A stretch of 64,000 nucleotides of DNA from Octopus bimaculoides. Its lineage: Eukaryota. A program made the position numbers and the translations under genes. The stretch spans positions 7,469,885 to 7,533,884 of the forward strand of contig NC_069005.1 in NCBI RefSeq assembly GCF_001194135.2, given 5' to 3'. The notes beneath the pieces were generated by a model, which did no database searches, had not been told where the DNA came from, and saw only the letters and a list, made by a program, of their open reading frames with translations. Shown piece after piece: positions 37,530 through 51,173 of the stretch (the first letter of the stretch is position 1; every line of letters begins with the position of its first letter).

Positions 37530-38364
37530 ATGGGGACATGGACAGAAGATCAAGAGAAAGTACTCACTGCATTTTGTCCTGATGATCAGTGTAGGGCCAG
37601 CCTTTTCTTTGACGAGTCCAGCGAGACAGTTGAATGCCTGTTATGTGGTCAGTTTCACGAAAAGCACACATTAAAAGATGTTAGGAAGGTTTCCGATTTA
37701 AGTGAAGTTTTGAAATTCCTTCGACCAATGCTTCAGGAGAAACGCACCGAGGAGACGAAAGTCATGGGTATTTCCAATTACGTATGTAAGCTACTGTCTC
37801 CCCTTTTCACACAGTATGGGTTGGACAGGAATACACAGAAGGCAAAACTGTTAAGTGAAATGGGTCATGGAAACACGTTCAATTGCAGCCGTCTCAGCTC
37901 CCATGCATTTCACATTGACCCTGCCCATTTGAACATACCATATTATGGTACTGACTGCTCTGGAAGTCTCACTTACCTCAGCGAAACACTGAGTATTATC
38001 AAAGCTGCAAATGACAACGAAGAAAGACTAGTCCCCATTCACACTGACGGAGACGGCCACTGCCTGGTCTATGCTATCTCTCGGGCCCTGATTGGCAGAG
38101 AACTGTTTTGGCATGCCCTCCGAGAAAACCTTCGCTGTCACTTTCTAGAAAAGCTGGAAGTTTATAAAATGCATTTTGAAGACTTCATTCATCCCCTTGA
38201 GTGGCAGGAAATCATTGCTGAGTGTGAACCAAACTTTGTTCCCCTTGACGGTGAACCCCTCGGATTGAGGAATATTCATATTTTTGGACTTGCGAATGTT
38301 TTGAAAAGACCACTTATTCTTTTAGATTCAATCATTGGAATCAGAAGCTCAGGTGACTATTCAG
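37530..38364 (+). CDS. VCPIP1: Deubiquitinating protein VCPIP1 (VCIP135), coding exon 1: N-terminal Cys-rich region and OTU N-half
   Basis: MGTWTEDQEKVLTAFCPDDQCRASLFF...KVMGISNYVCKLLSP...PIHTDGDGHCLVYAISRALIGRELFWHALRENL...GLRNIHIFGLANVLKRPLILLDS...RSSGDYS matches recalled human VCPIP1 (HVDGDGHCLVHAVSRALVGRELFWHALRENL). Donor TCAG|GTAGGT at 38364, phase 1. Acceptor probably at 37507 or 37522. Confidence 0.97.
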
Positions 38365-38408
38365 GTAGGTATCAATGAAGCTTGTTGTTGTTGTTGTCAT
38401 TGTTAGTA

Positions 38409-38645
38409 CAGAACCAGACAGATTATCTGACAAACTTGGGACCGGAAGTGTCCTAGGTTTCTGTATTTTGTAGTTTTCTGGAGACAGTTTTAAATATATG
38501 TTTGAAATAATGTAAAAATGAACAATGAAAAGTAAAGAACTAAGTTGTAATTTAACAGGTTCAAATTAATACACATCTAAAGCAGGGTCAGTTTGATATT
38601 CATTAATCCATTTAAAAATTTTTTAAATATATCATATTGAACCAT
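38409..38645. mobile_element. Second, partial copy of the Tigger-like MITE, 45 nt after the VCPIP1 exon 1 donor
   Basis: ggaccggaagtgtcc..tttct....gttttctggagaca and aaagaactaa..ggtcagtttgatatt.attaa.ccatttaaaa are shared with 27890-28318. Confidence 0.65.
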
Positions 38646-41600
38646 CGTGGCCGATGCCAGTACCTCCTGACTGGCTCCCATGCTGATGACATTTAAAAAG
38701 CACCATCCGAATGTGATCGTTGCCAGGCCTGTCTGACTGGCTCCTGTGCCGGTGACACATAAGCACCCACTATGCTCTCGGAGTAGTTGGTGTTAGGAAG
38801 GGGATCCAGCTGTGGAAACATTGCCAAATCAGATTGGTGCCTGGTGCAGCTGCTGGTTCTCCAGACCGCAGTCAAACCGTCCAACCCATGCCAGCATGGA
38901 AAATAGACGTTAAACGATGATGATATATATAGGCACAAGAGTGGCTTTGTGGTAAGAAGCTTGCTTCCCAACTGCATGGTTCCGGGTTCAGTGCCACTGT
39001 GTGGTACCTTGGGCAAGTGTCTTCTACTAAAGCCTTGAGCTGACCAAAGCTTTGTGACTCTGAAAGAAGCCCATCATATATGTGTGTGTGTGTGTATGTA
39101 TATGTTTGTGTGTCTGTGTTTGTCCCTCCACCATCACTTGATGACCAATGCTGTAATTTAGCAGTTTGGCAAAAGAGACCGATAGAATAAGTACTAGGCT
39201 TACAAAGAATAAGTCCTGGGGTTGATTTGTTCGACTAGAGGTGGTGCTCCAGCATGGCCGCAGTCAGATGACTGAAACAAGTAAAAAAAAATAAACGAAT
39301 AAGTCCTGGGGTCAATTTGTTCGACTAAAGGTAGTGCTCCAGCATGGCTGGATTCAAATGACTGAAACAAAAAATAAAGAATAAAAGAAAATACACATAT
39401 GTGTGTGTGTTATTTCTTTACTACCCACAAGGGGCTACACACAGAGGGGAGAAACAAGTACAGACAAACGGATTAAGTCGATTATATCGACCCCAGTGCG
39501 TAACTGGTACTTATTTAATCGACCCTGAAAGGATGAAAGGCAAAGTGGACCTCGGCGGAATTTGAACTCAGAACGTAGCGGCAGACGAAATACCGCTAAG
39601 CATTTCGCCCGGCGTGCTAACGTTTCTGCCAGCACGCCGCCTATTTGTGTGTGTGTGTGTTGATGTAATACACTGAACGAGATATTTCAGACTCAATGTT
39701 TTGATCAGCATTCCTCTCCTGCCTTGTGTTGCATTGTAATTGTATTATCCAAGCGGAATGAGGCTACATTGCCATCAACATGAGGCACATAACATTTGAA
39801 TAATAACAAGAGAAAAAAAAACCGAATTATTGATATTTTGAATGCATTTAGCACACAATTATCAAGTGGTCTTGCAAGAAGTTGGTACTCGGATGTCCTT
39901 TCTCTTCTGTCATTTTGAGTACATTTTGAGCACATGGTTCATTGTATGATATGTATGAAGTGTGATGTGGTCAAAGTCAATGGAACCTGTGTGAGAGGGA
40001 AACATGAGAGTTTGTGATGAAGTGGTGAAGGCAGATCCAAACCTGTTAAACTTCGCCCAAGATAATAAAGGACTCTGTTGATGGACAGCACACTGTGTGA
40101 GAGGGACCCACCCTCTTGCTCATACTCGGTGAAAACAAACATTGGAATTATGTGGTGTATATTTGTTATTTCTTTATTGCCCACAAGGGGCTAAACATAG
40201 AAGGGACAAACAAGGACAGACAAAGGGATTAAGCCGATTACATCGCCCCCCCCAGTGAGTAACTGGTACTTAATTTATCGACCCCGAAAGGATGAAAGCA
40301 AAGTCGACCTCGGCGGAATTTGAACTCAGAACGTAACAGCAGGCGAAATACCGCTAAGCATTTCACCCGGCGTGTTAACGTTTCTGCCAGCTCGCTGCCT
40401 TCCATGTGATGTATATTCATATAGGTGGNNNNNNNNNNNNNNNNNNNNNNNNNNNNNNNNNNNNNNNNNNNNNNNNNNNNNNNNNNNNNNNNNNNNNNNN
40501 NNNNNNNNNNNNNNNNNNNNNNNNNNNNNNNNNNNNNNNNNNNNNNNNNNNNNNNNNNNNNNNNNNNNNNNNNNNNNNNNNNNNNNNNNNNNNNNNNNNN
40601 NNNNNNNNNNNNNNNNNNNNNNNNNNNNNNNNNNNNNNNNNNNNNNNNNNNNNNNNNNNNNNNNNNNNNNNNNNNNNNNNNNNNNNNNNNNNNNNNNNNN
40701 NNNNNNNNNNNNNNNNNNNNNNNNNNNNNNNNNNNNNNNNNNNNNNNNNNNNNNNNNNNNNNNNNNNNNNNNNNNNNNNNNNNNNNNNNNNNNNNNNNNN
40801 NNNNNNNNNNNNNNNNNNNNNNNNNNNNNNNNNNNNNNNNNNNNNNNNNNNNNNNNNNNNNNNNNNNNNNNNNNNNNNNNNNNNNNNNNNNNNNNNNNNN
40901 NNNNNNNNNNNNNNNNNNNNNNNNNNNNNNNNNNNNNNNNNNNNNNNNNNNNNNNNNNNNNNNNNNNNNNNNNNNNNNNNNNNNNNNNNNNNNNNNNNNN
41001 NNNNNNNNNNNNNNNNNNNNNNNNNNNNNNNNNNNNNNNNNNNTATATATATATATATATGTATGTATATAATTGAAAAAATTCGAAGTTAACAAAAGGA
41101 GTACAGTCGGATATTTATTTTTCAATCACTACAATTGTTTCTAGGCAATGTAGTTCTCCAGGCATTCAGGTACTTGAATATGCAACCGTTTCCCTGCATT
41201 ATGAGATCTAGTTGGGTTTCCTCAGGTGATATGTAAATATTGTCTCCGTAAGTGCAGATTCTTGGCTTCAAGAACATCCTCTGTGTCTGTCAGGGCCTGA
41301 ATTTAGTAGTAGCCACTGAGTTTATCAAGGTGTGTTATAGCTGAAGGACTGTTTGCAGACTATTATCTACTCACACACAACAGATGCCCAAATGCAAGCC
41401 TGGAAGTACGTATAATACTACTACTGGATAGCACAGGATGAAATCTGAAGGTGGACGAGCTTTATACTGCACTCTGTTATGTTCTTAACAGAATAAACCA
41501 TAGCTGTATATATTGTCATCATCATCCTTTAACATCTGTTTTCCATGCTTGCATGGGTTAGATGGTTTGATCAGAGCTTGCAAGAAGGAGAGCTGCACTA

Positions 41601-42089
41601 AGTTCCAGTCTGATTCGGCCTGGTTTCTATGGCTGGATGTCCTTAATGCCAACCACTTTACAGAGTGTACCGGGTGCTTTTACATAACACCAGCACAGGA
41701 CTCTTGCAGGCCAATCCTCTTTAGCAGAAGTGGCATTAACTCTTCCGCTGTGGGGGTGGGGGCAGGTCCTCTTGAATACAGCAAGGCACCAGATATTTCA
41801 ATCCTTTGTCATGTCCTCTGTTAGATTCAGTGTCCTGAGATTGTCCTTCATACAATTGGCTTCTTTCACTTTCTATCTACTTCGTTCTCTGACTTTTTTT
41901 TAGTCAGGGGAGCTCTTACTTTGCCTCAACTTACCTATGTTCTTATTTTTATAACATAAGCATTCTCCCAGTGACCAAGTCTTGTTCTCATGCCAATTTA
42001 TTGGAATTGTTCTAGTACCAACTACGGTTGAGATACTGAGCGGAATCATTTATTTCTCTGCTTATTTATTCAGTTCTGTCTAGTCTATC

Positions 42090-42290
42090 ATATCTGTCTA
42101 GCATCTGCAAGGTAATGAGAGTGAGAGAACGGGTTACGTGGGGTCTGGGAGGAGCAGAGGCCATTAAAGTCTGTGTAGAAAAGGCAAAGAGAGGAGACAT
42201 TGTGTCTGTGTTTGCAGAATGAGTTCAAGGCAGTCAGTTCATTCAACTTTGCCTTAATCTGGTCTATAACGTCTCTGTGTGTATACATAA
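42090..42290 (-). mobile_element. Decayed Jockey/CR1-like LINE C-terminal remnant
   Basis: [38 protein letters not shown] resembles the HRRNVASLSLFYRYYxGxCS motif of these LINEs. Confidence 0.6.
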
Positions 42291-42292
42291 GG

Positions 42293-42349
<57 letters not shown>

Positions 42350-42391
42350 TATCTGTATATATATACATATACCTGTATATATATATCTGTG

Positions 42392-42427
<36 letters not shown>

Positions 42428-43192
42428 TATACTCACTGAGATACATATATGGGTGTGTGTGTATATATACACACACATGCACACAATCTATTTAGCAAAA
42501 TTGGGACCAGAAAAGGAAGGGGGGAAAATAGAGAGAGAAGAGGAAATTTCTATTATATCGTAAACAATGAGTTATTGTGTATAACCATCAAGCGTACAAT
42601 ATTGATGATTGCGGTGTGGGCGGCGGCAGCGGTGGTGGTGGTTGGATGGATGGATGGATAGATGGACAGAAATTGTAAAGAATGGGAATACTTTAGTCTA
42701 CTTGAAATTGAGCTGAACGAAAAGGGGGAAGGATAGAGAGACGGACAGAATAAGATATATATGTATGGATGTTTATACTGTCTGTCTGTCTCTCTCTATA
42801 TATATTTATATATACATATACATACACATACATATATATGCACATGCATATCTATTTACCTATCTTTCTGAATAGATACAGTGATCTATCTATCTATCTA
42901 TCAATCTATCTTTCTCTACACACATATATAGTATTCCTTCGACTATCACAGGTGTTACATTCCAAAACACCCCATGATAGGTGAAAATCCATGAAGTAGA
43001 AACTACTGTACTGTATATATATTTTTAAAAATTATTTTTGTAATTTGTATATATTTATTTTATTATAAATGCTAAAGAACACCACAGAGGAATCGACATA
43101 AGCTTCAATAATAAACCGCGATATGGCAAGGAATTACTGCATATATGTATATACACACACACACACACATATACAGGGAGAGAGAGAGGGTA

Positions 43193-43231
<39 letters not shown>

Positions 43232-43554
43232 GAGAGAGAGAAGAATTCATAAATTTTATGTGCACACACACATTTACTGGAGAATGGGAGATAGTTCGAT
43301 AGAAAGAGAGAAAGAGACTTAGGCAGGGAAGAACACTAAAATGTAAAAATGTAATAACAGTTTGGAATTATTAGAACTGGATATAAATGGTTAGGAAGAA
43401 GGGGAGGGGGAATGACAACTGCGGGTGGGGGTTATCTCTGTGGGCGTGGCTTTCTATTGATTCATTCACTGATCAGTTGATTGGTATTGATTTTTTTCTT
43501 GTACAAATACAAGGTTTCATATTTACAAAGGGACCAGTAGTGAATAAGAAATTG

Positions 43555-43572
43555 ATTAATAATAATAATAGC

Positions 43573-43602
<30 letters not shown>
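43555..43602. repeat. (AAT)n microsatellite
   Basis: Read directly from the sequence. Confidence 0.9.
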
Positions 43603-43605
<3 letters not shown>

Positions 43606-44709
43606 GATGATGAGAAAAAATAATTTTAGAATAAGATATATACACACACACACACACATGTATGTACATACACACATGCCTTCATATAATATATACACAT
43701 ATTCAGACGTGTATGTAATATATGTGTAGGTGTATGTATATATATATATGTATATATATGCACACACACACACACACATGGGTAAAATTATGTGATTTTA
43801 CATATATACACACATATATATAGAGAGAGACACAGGCACATATATGTGCATGCACACACGCATGCACGCACATATATTCATGTGTTCTTACATGTGAATG
43901 AACTTTCTGTCAGAAAATGATTTTGGTGATTAAAATATTTTCCAAACAACATTTGCGAGCAGAATACACAAAAATCTGTCATCTTACTCTTTATCTCCCA
44001 CCATTTCCACCACTACCCTTACCAAAAGAATTATTATCAGCAGAGAAATTATGTAGCTGCAGATAAAAACAACAACAATTCTAGAAGAGGAAATAAACCA
44101 GTTTGTTATTTAGCCCTCGATTCAGCCCTGATTCTGCAGGCCCTTTTATGAAGGGACATTTCAACTGGGACCACCACCATCATCATCATTATTTAACACC
44201 CATGGTCCATTCTAGCATGGGTTGGATGCATTAGACTTCAGTCTGATTTCACATGATTTCTATGGCTGGATGCCCTACCTAATGCCAACCACTCCAAGAG
44301 TGTAATGGGTGCTTCTTATGTGCTACTGGCACAGGTGCCAGTTGGGTGACACCAGTACCTACGGCAACCATGATTTCAGTTGGCTTGATGTGTAGTTAAA
44401 AAGTTGAGCCCATCTCATTCATATTATTGTCGCCCTCTTGATGCAAACCCAACAAAAGAAGTATATTCTTTGTTTATATATAACATGCAGTTATATCATT
44501 AAGTATTGTTACATACAGAATGAAAGTGAAGTGGAGCAAGCCACTATGTAGATAAATGATAGCAATGTAATCTTAGTACTACTTATGTTGAAGCAATAAG
44601 CATCATCATCATCATCATCATCATCGTTTAACGTCCGCTTTCCATGCTAGCATGGGTTGGACGATTTGACTGTGGACTGGTGCAACCGGATAGCTACACC
44701 AGGCTACAA

Positions 44710-45035
44710 ATGTGCTCTACCAACTTTGTTTCCTCATAATGTCCAGGAAAATAGATATTTTGTAATGAAATTTTCTACAATTATGTTCCAGATTATGTAG
44801 AGTCCAATTACATCAGAATTTATTATTTCCAATTCTTTCTTGATTGTGCCTATCTTTTCTATCTTGGCCCAAATTGTTTAATTAAATTGTCTTCCCATCG
44901 TTATCAAGGCTTTCTGAGTGGCCTTTTCTGATTTCTTGGATATGTGAACATTAGAAGAGTGGAACTTGTGCTTTCAGTATTCTGCAATCATGTTGTTCAT
45001 TCCACTCCATTCTTGAATTATCTCATTTCTGATGA
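44710..45035 (-). mobile_element. Highly decayed RTE LINE C-terminal fragment
   Basis: Resembles the reverse complement of the 3245-3620 fragment (RNEIIQEWSGM...GRQ..WAKIEK region). Confidence 0.45.
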
Positions 45036-45326
45036 TGCACCATTCGACCGGGCTGGTATGCTGGAAGGCTGCACCAGGCTCCAGTCTGATCTGGTAGAGT
45101 TTCTACAGCTGGCTGCCCCTCCTAACACCAACTACTCCGAGAGTGTAATGGGTGCTTTTATGTGTCACCGGCACAAGTGCCATTTGTATGACACTGGGGT
45201 GCTTTTACGTGCCACCGGCATGGGTGACAATTTGTGTGAGACCGGTATCTGACACAACTGCAATTTTGCTCGACTTGATAGGTCTTCTTCTGAAGCATGA
45301 CATAACACCAAAGGATTCAGTCACTA

Positions 45327-45452
45327 CCTCTGTGAGGCCCAACACTCGAAAGGAACTCAGCCACTTTGCCTCTGTAAGACCCAACGTTCAAAAGGAACAT
45401 AGCCGCTTTGCCTCTGTGAGGCCCAACGCTCGAAAAGAACTCAACCACTTTC
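45327..45452. repeat. 42-bp tandem repeat x3 inside an RTE-tailed element
   Basis: cctctgtgaggcccaacactcgaaaggaactcagccactttg and two variants. Confidence 0.85.
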
Positions 45453-46539
45453 GAGCATTGATGTAGTAAAACTACAAAAATATGTTTTCACAAGATGAGT
45501 TTTACAAAGAAAGAAAAAAGAGAGAAAGTGGAAAAGTTCACATATTATTTAGAGGTTTTCGTATGAAAAATACTTTATGAATAAATTTTAGTGCATGTTG
45601 CAGCTAAAAGATATTTTGCAGTAGAAGATAAATCCTATTTCACACACACACACACAAACAAATATATGCATGCACACTCTTATACATAGAAGAACAATAA
45701 GCACAGTTGATGTGATGAACAAAAGGCACAATGTTATATGCTGAAGAAAAAGCTAACATTTCTATCTTTACACCAAAGAGGATACCCCCACCACTCTCCT
45801 TCTTTTTATAACTGCTAGGCAGAGTGTCTTGTCAGTAAATTAAGGGAAAGCTATGAAGGTGGCACTAACGCTACAGTCCAATGACCGAAACAGATAAAGA
45901 AGAAGAATAAAAAAAAATTATAAGAAATGTGTTCTTGGACTGAATTATCCAATGTGTCCTTCCTTCCATTTTTTTCCTTTTTTTTTTTAAGACAAGGTTG
46001 TGATTTGAGAGAGAGAGAGAGAGAGAGATAAAGATTTAGCTGCTATTTCTAGCAGGTTGCGGTGTCATATAGAGCAGTCATGGGCAAACTATAGCCGACA
46101 GGACTTCCTGAATAGAATGCCTAACTAAAAATTACCTTAAATATATTTAGCAGTGTGGTTTGCCAATTGAAGAGCCCTCTCATGCAGCTCACTTCAGAAA
46201 AGTTGCCCCTGCACACTACAGGGGGCTGCCTTCTTGTTTTGTCTCGTGTTATGTGATACATATTTCTGTTGTTGTTAATCCTTGATTCAGCTATGCCCGA
46301 CCAGGATTTTTATTTTGGGTCCATTTATGTCATGGCTGTGTGGTTAAGAAGTCTGCTTCCCAACCACATTGTTTTGGGTTCAATCTCACTGCATGGCACC
46401 TTGAGCAAATGCATCCTTTCAGGGATGATGAAGTAAGTACCAGTTATGCACTGGGGTTGATATAATCAACTAGCCCCTTCTCCCAAAATTTCAGGCTTTG
46501 TGCCTATAGTTGAAAGAATTATTATTATTATCATCAGTG

Positions 46540-46880
46540 AAGGCGCAATGGCTCAGTGGTTAGAGCGTCAAGCTTACGATCATGAGGTTGCGATTTCGAA
46601 TCCCGGACTGGGCTATGTGTTATGTTCTTGAGCAAGACACTTTATTTCACGTCACTCCAGTTCACTCAGCTGTAGAAATGAGTTGCGATGTCATCCCTGG
46701 TGCCAAGCTGTATCAGCCTTTGCCTTTCCTTTGGATAACATCAGTGGCATGGAGAGGGGGAGGCTGGTATGCACGGGTAACTGCTGGTCTTCCATAAACA
46801 ACCTTGCCCGGACTTGTGCCTCGGAGGGTAACTTTCTAGGTTCAATCCCATGGTCAGTCATGACCAAAGGGGCTCTCAGC
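46540..46880 (+). mobile_element. tRNA-derived SINE family 3; other copies at 2905-3230 and ~49820-49992
   Basis: A-box tggctcagtgg, B-box-like tttcgaatccc, body cttgagcaagacactttatttca...catggtca.tcatgaccaaagggg. Confidence 0.85.
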
Positions 46881-49327
46881 ATTATCATTGTCTGCCAAGG
46901 TTGACTTTGCCTTTAAACCTTTCAGAGTTGATAATATAAATACCAGTTGAACACTGGGGTTGATGTAATCAACTTGCCCCCTTCCCATACAATTTCAGGC
47001 CTTGTGCCTAGAGTAGAAGCAATTATTATTATTGTTATTATTCCAGACATTGCATATCTGGAAATCCATTATCTGTTTATTCTTTCTTTTTTTTTTCTTT
47101 TTTATATTTTGATTTGATGCTGCAAAGTTGAGATGGAATGACAGATTTATTTATGAAAGAATATCAGACTAGAAACTAAAACCGATCTCGTGCAGCAAGA
47201 AAATGGTTCTATAGAAATACCATAATAAGCTTATAGAAATCTAGAAGCATTACAAATCTAGGATTGTATTCCAGCTACCAAGAGTTTATATTTTCAGCTT
47301 TATCAATAGTTCTGTCTAGAGATTCTGAGGGTGGTGGTCAAGGTAGGAGTGGAGGTCTCTTTGTTACTTAGACATCAATAATAATAGTGGAAGCCAGCAA
47401 CGGACAATCATTCCAAGTATTTTATATTTTATTTATTTTTTGTTTGTTTGCAGTCGTTGGACTGTGGCCATGCTGGGGCATCACCTTAAATGGTTTAGTT
47501 CAAACGAATCAACCCCAGTAAATATTTTTAAGTCTGGTACTCATTTTATCAGTCTCTTTTTGTCGAACCACTAAGTTACAGGGGACGTAGATGAACCAAC
47601 ATTTGTTGTCAGGTGGTAGAAGGGTCAGAACGCTCATTGTACTGAATAAAGATGACTGCTAAAATCTGTCTTCCGTTTATTATCTTTATTCAGTACAATG
47701 AGCCTTTTGACCCTTCCTGCAACTGTCCGTTATAGATAGAATTTTCTGCATCTAACAATGTTGCACCAATCTTGGCAGTTTGTGTTACATCAGGTAGATG
47801 CATAAAAAAGGGAATGTCTCGCTAGATATACTGAGATGTCCTAGACATGTTGTTCGTGCCTGCTGTAGTTTGGTTATGACCGGATACAGTTGCCCGTGGG
47901 TATATAACATAAAATTAAACTCACACAATCATTATATATAGAGAGTACAGCCTATGAAAGAAATATTACATTTTGGTTAATGGGGGGAGGTGTGCACTCC
48001 CAGTCAAGAACACACACAGGCGTACAAGCATGCACATACACAGCCACACACACAAGCTGTTAATTAGTGACACAGAATCACAGAAGAAAGAGAGTAAAAC
48101 AATCAAAGATTATATTAAGGTGTAGGAGTCTACATTCATGGGACATAAACACTGTTTACGAACCACATGGTTCCGGGTTCAGTCCCACTGCGTGGCACCT
48201 TGGTCGAGTGTCTTCTACTATAGCCTTGGGCCAACCAAAGCCTTGTGAATGGATTTGGTAGAAAGAAACTGAAAGAAGCCTGTCATTTATATGTATGTGT
48301 GTGTATGTTTGTGTGTCTGCGTTTGTCCTCCCAACATCGCTTGGCAACCGATGCTGATGTGTTTACGTCCCTGTAACTTAGCAGTTCGGCAAAAGAGACC
48401 GATAGAATAAGTACTAGGCTTACAAAGAATAAGTCCTGGGGTCGATTAGCTCAACTAAAGGCGGTGCTCCAGCATGGCCAAAGTCAAATGACTGAAACAA
48501 GTAAAAAAGTAAAAGAGGGTAATAATGTAAAAGAATAAGGATTTAGAACCACATCCTTCCAGGTTCATTCTCACTGCATGGCACTTTGGGTAAGCGTCTT
48601 CTGCTATAGCCGTGGGTTGACCAAAGCCTTGTGAGTGGATTTGGTAGACAGAAACTAAAAGAAGCCTGTTGTATATATGTGTGTGTATGTGTCTGTGTTT
48701 GTCCCCCACCAACACTTGTCAACCAGTGTTGGTGTATCTACACCCTCATAATTTAGCAGTTTGGCAAAAGAGATCAGTAGAATAAGTACCAGACTAAAAA
48801 AGAGAAAAAGAAAGTATTGGATTTGGCTAACATTTCTTCAAGGTGGTGCCGTAGTATGGCCACAGTCTAATGATTGAAACAAGTAAAAGATTAAAGAAAA
48901 GATGAATTGAGTCTCTATTAAGGACTACTGAACTGAAAAGAAAGGAAACGGTCTGCTTAATGTTAATGCTAAATTGATCTTATGTCAAGACAAAAGGAAA
49001 ATCTCTTGTTTCATTCCAATTCTATACTCAATCATATCATATATGGCAGCGAGGGACTTGGGTTCTTTCAGATTGAACTTTTTCTTCGTTTAGCTGTGTA
49101 CAATAGATTTCTTTAGATGAAAGAAAAGAAGAAAACAAAAACCCCAGCATCCGTATTTAACAACACTGATCGGATAATTATAATTAAAAACCATATCTAT
49201 CTATATATATGTATATATATGGGTATGTGCATGTATATATATATATTTCAAGGTTTTTAACTTTTAAATTCGTATATTTAAAAGAAATAGAAACTTCAAA
49301 CTCGATATATCCAAGATCGATCCTCTG

Positions 49328-49367
<40 letters not shown>

Positions 49368-50457
49368 ATATCTTGGATTAATGAGTATACATTAATTAGT
49401 GTGCTGATGTTTTGAGTAAAGCACTCGCCCAGTTTAGGCTACCTGGTGTCATCTGCAGTCAGGATATATTTCCTTTGGATCTGCTTCAAGAATTCTGCAG
49501 TGTTAGTTCCCTAAATGAAGCAGGCAAATAACAACATGATGTACTCAAACTCAAGATCTTTCTTTTAGTCAAACATATCGACCCTTGGACTTATTCTTTG
49601 TAAGCCTAGTACTTGTTCTGTTGATCTCTTATTGCCGAACCGCTAAGTGAAGGGGATGTAAACATATCGGTTGTCAAGCAATGGTGTGGGGGACAAACAC
49701 AGACACACACACATATATATACGATGGGCTTCTTTCAGTTTCTGTCTACCAAATCCACTCACAAGGCTTTGGTCAGCCCGAGGTTGTAGTAGAAGGCACT
49801 TGCCCAAAGTACCATGGAGCTGTATCAGCCTTTCACTTATCCCTTGGATAACATTAGTGACACGGAGCGGGGAGGCTGGTATGAATGGGTGACTGCCGGT
49901 CTTCCATAAACAACCTTGCCCTGACCTGTGCCTTGGAGAGGAATTTTCTAGGTGCAATCCCATGGTCATTCATGATCGAAAGGGGTCTTTTAAATTGGTT
50001 ATATTTCTACAATATACAAAATATTTTAACAATTTTTTTTTATTATACAATTCCTAAATAATACTTAATTACAAAATTATAATAGGACTTCTTAAACATC
50101 AAATGACTATGAGGTTCCCACAAGAGTAAAATAGGAGTCAAAGGGGTCCATAGATAGTAAATGGTTGAGAACCAGTGCACTAGGAGGATAGTGGGCTTAA
50201 CGTATGAAAGAGTCAGAGCAGAACAGGTTTGTTTCTATAGGGCAGTTACATTGCTACTCGCATTTTGGAGGATTATCACAAGTGGAGTTGGTAGTGAATA
50301 ATGATAAAAGAGTGGAGTAAAAAGAATAAAGACTAACTGGAAGAAGAGAAAAATAAAACAAGAAAATAACAAATTTTTGGAACCAAAACATAAAAAATTG
50401 ATAAAAAGAGACTTGAATAATGGTTGTCATAACATTTTTGCTTTACTTTCTTTCCAG

Positions 50458-50586
50458 GGGTTTTTCTTCCAGCTTTCTGTGATCCTAGTGAATGCCGGGG
50501 AAAAGACAGTAAGCTGAACAAACCTTTATGTATAGCTTGGAACAGCCAAGGACGAAACCATTACATTCCTCTTGTGGGGATCCAAG
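50458..50586 (+). CDS. VCPIP1: VCPIP1 coding exon 2, carries the OTU catalytic His
   Basis: tttccAG|GG...CAAG|GTaact, phase 1-1. GVFLPAFCDPSECRGKDSKLNKPLCIAWNSQGRNHYIPLVGIQ vs human ATFLPGLIPAEKCTGKDGHLNKPICIAWSSSGRNHYIPLVGIK. Confidence 0.96.
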
Positions 50587-51173
50587 GTAACTGTTACAAA
50601 CCTTCTAAATCTTCTATGAGCCCCATTGCCCCTTTGAGATTTTTTTTTGTGTGTATGTGTGATAATCCTCATTGTTCTTGTTTAGCGTCTACTTTGCCAT
50701 GTTCACGTGGGTCTGATGGGATTTTATTGAGGTTGATTTTTTATGACTTGATGCCTTTCCTGATGCTAACCCACCTCACCTGTTTCCAGGTGAGAGGTTT
50801 GGCTAATGTTATCTAGTTACCTCGAAGAAAAAAACTTGATTATCACAGCTGGAATGTCTGTGGTCATAAACCTACTCAATTAAGATCAGTCATAAGTTTG
50901 TTCAATCAAGGTTGGGCTGGGATTTATGCTACAACAACCATCCTCTCAAGAACTGACACCACCACCCCTCTCCACACTCTGCTCTGTCTTAGTCCCTCTT
51001 CTTTCTCCCCTGTTCAAGGTTCAGAAATTTATTTATAAATTATTATTTTTTTAAACTTAGAATTGAAAGATTTCATGCAGTTTATTTGCATATACAGCTA
51101 ATCAGTTCGTTCAGTTCCACATGGAATGAATGGTTCGGTATTTTTGAAATGTTGTGTAATTACCTTGTGTGCT

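Noticed and set aside
41090-41400. Possible LINE remnant on the minus strand
   Set aside because: Too degenerate to assign any motif with confidence.
45327-45452. Peptide repeat SVRPN(T/V/A)(R/Q)KE(L/H)S(H/R)FA
   Set aside because: It is an internal 42-bp tandem expansion within a SINE-like element and is not coding.
46540-46615. tRNA-like sequence (also 9740-9798 on - and other SINE heads)
   Set aside because: A/B boxes run straight into SINE bodies with no complete cloverleaf; these are SINE heads, not tRNA genes.
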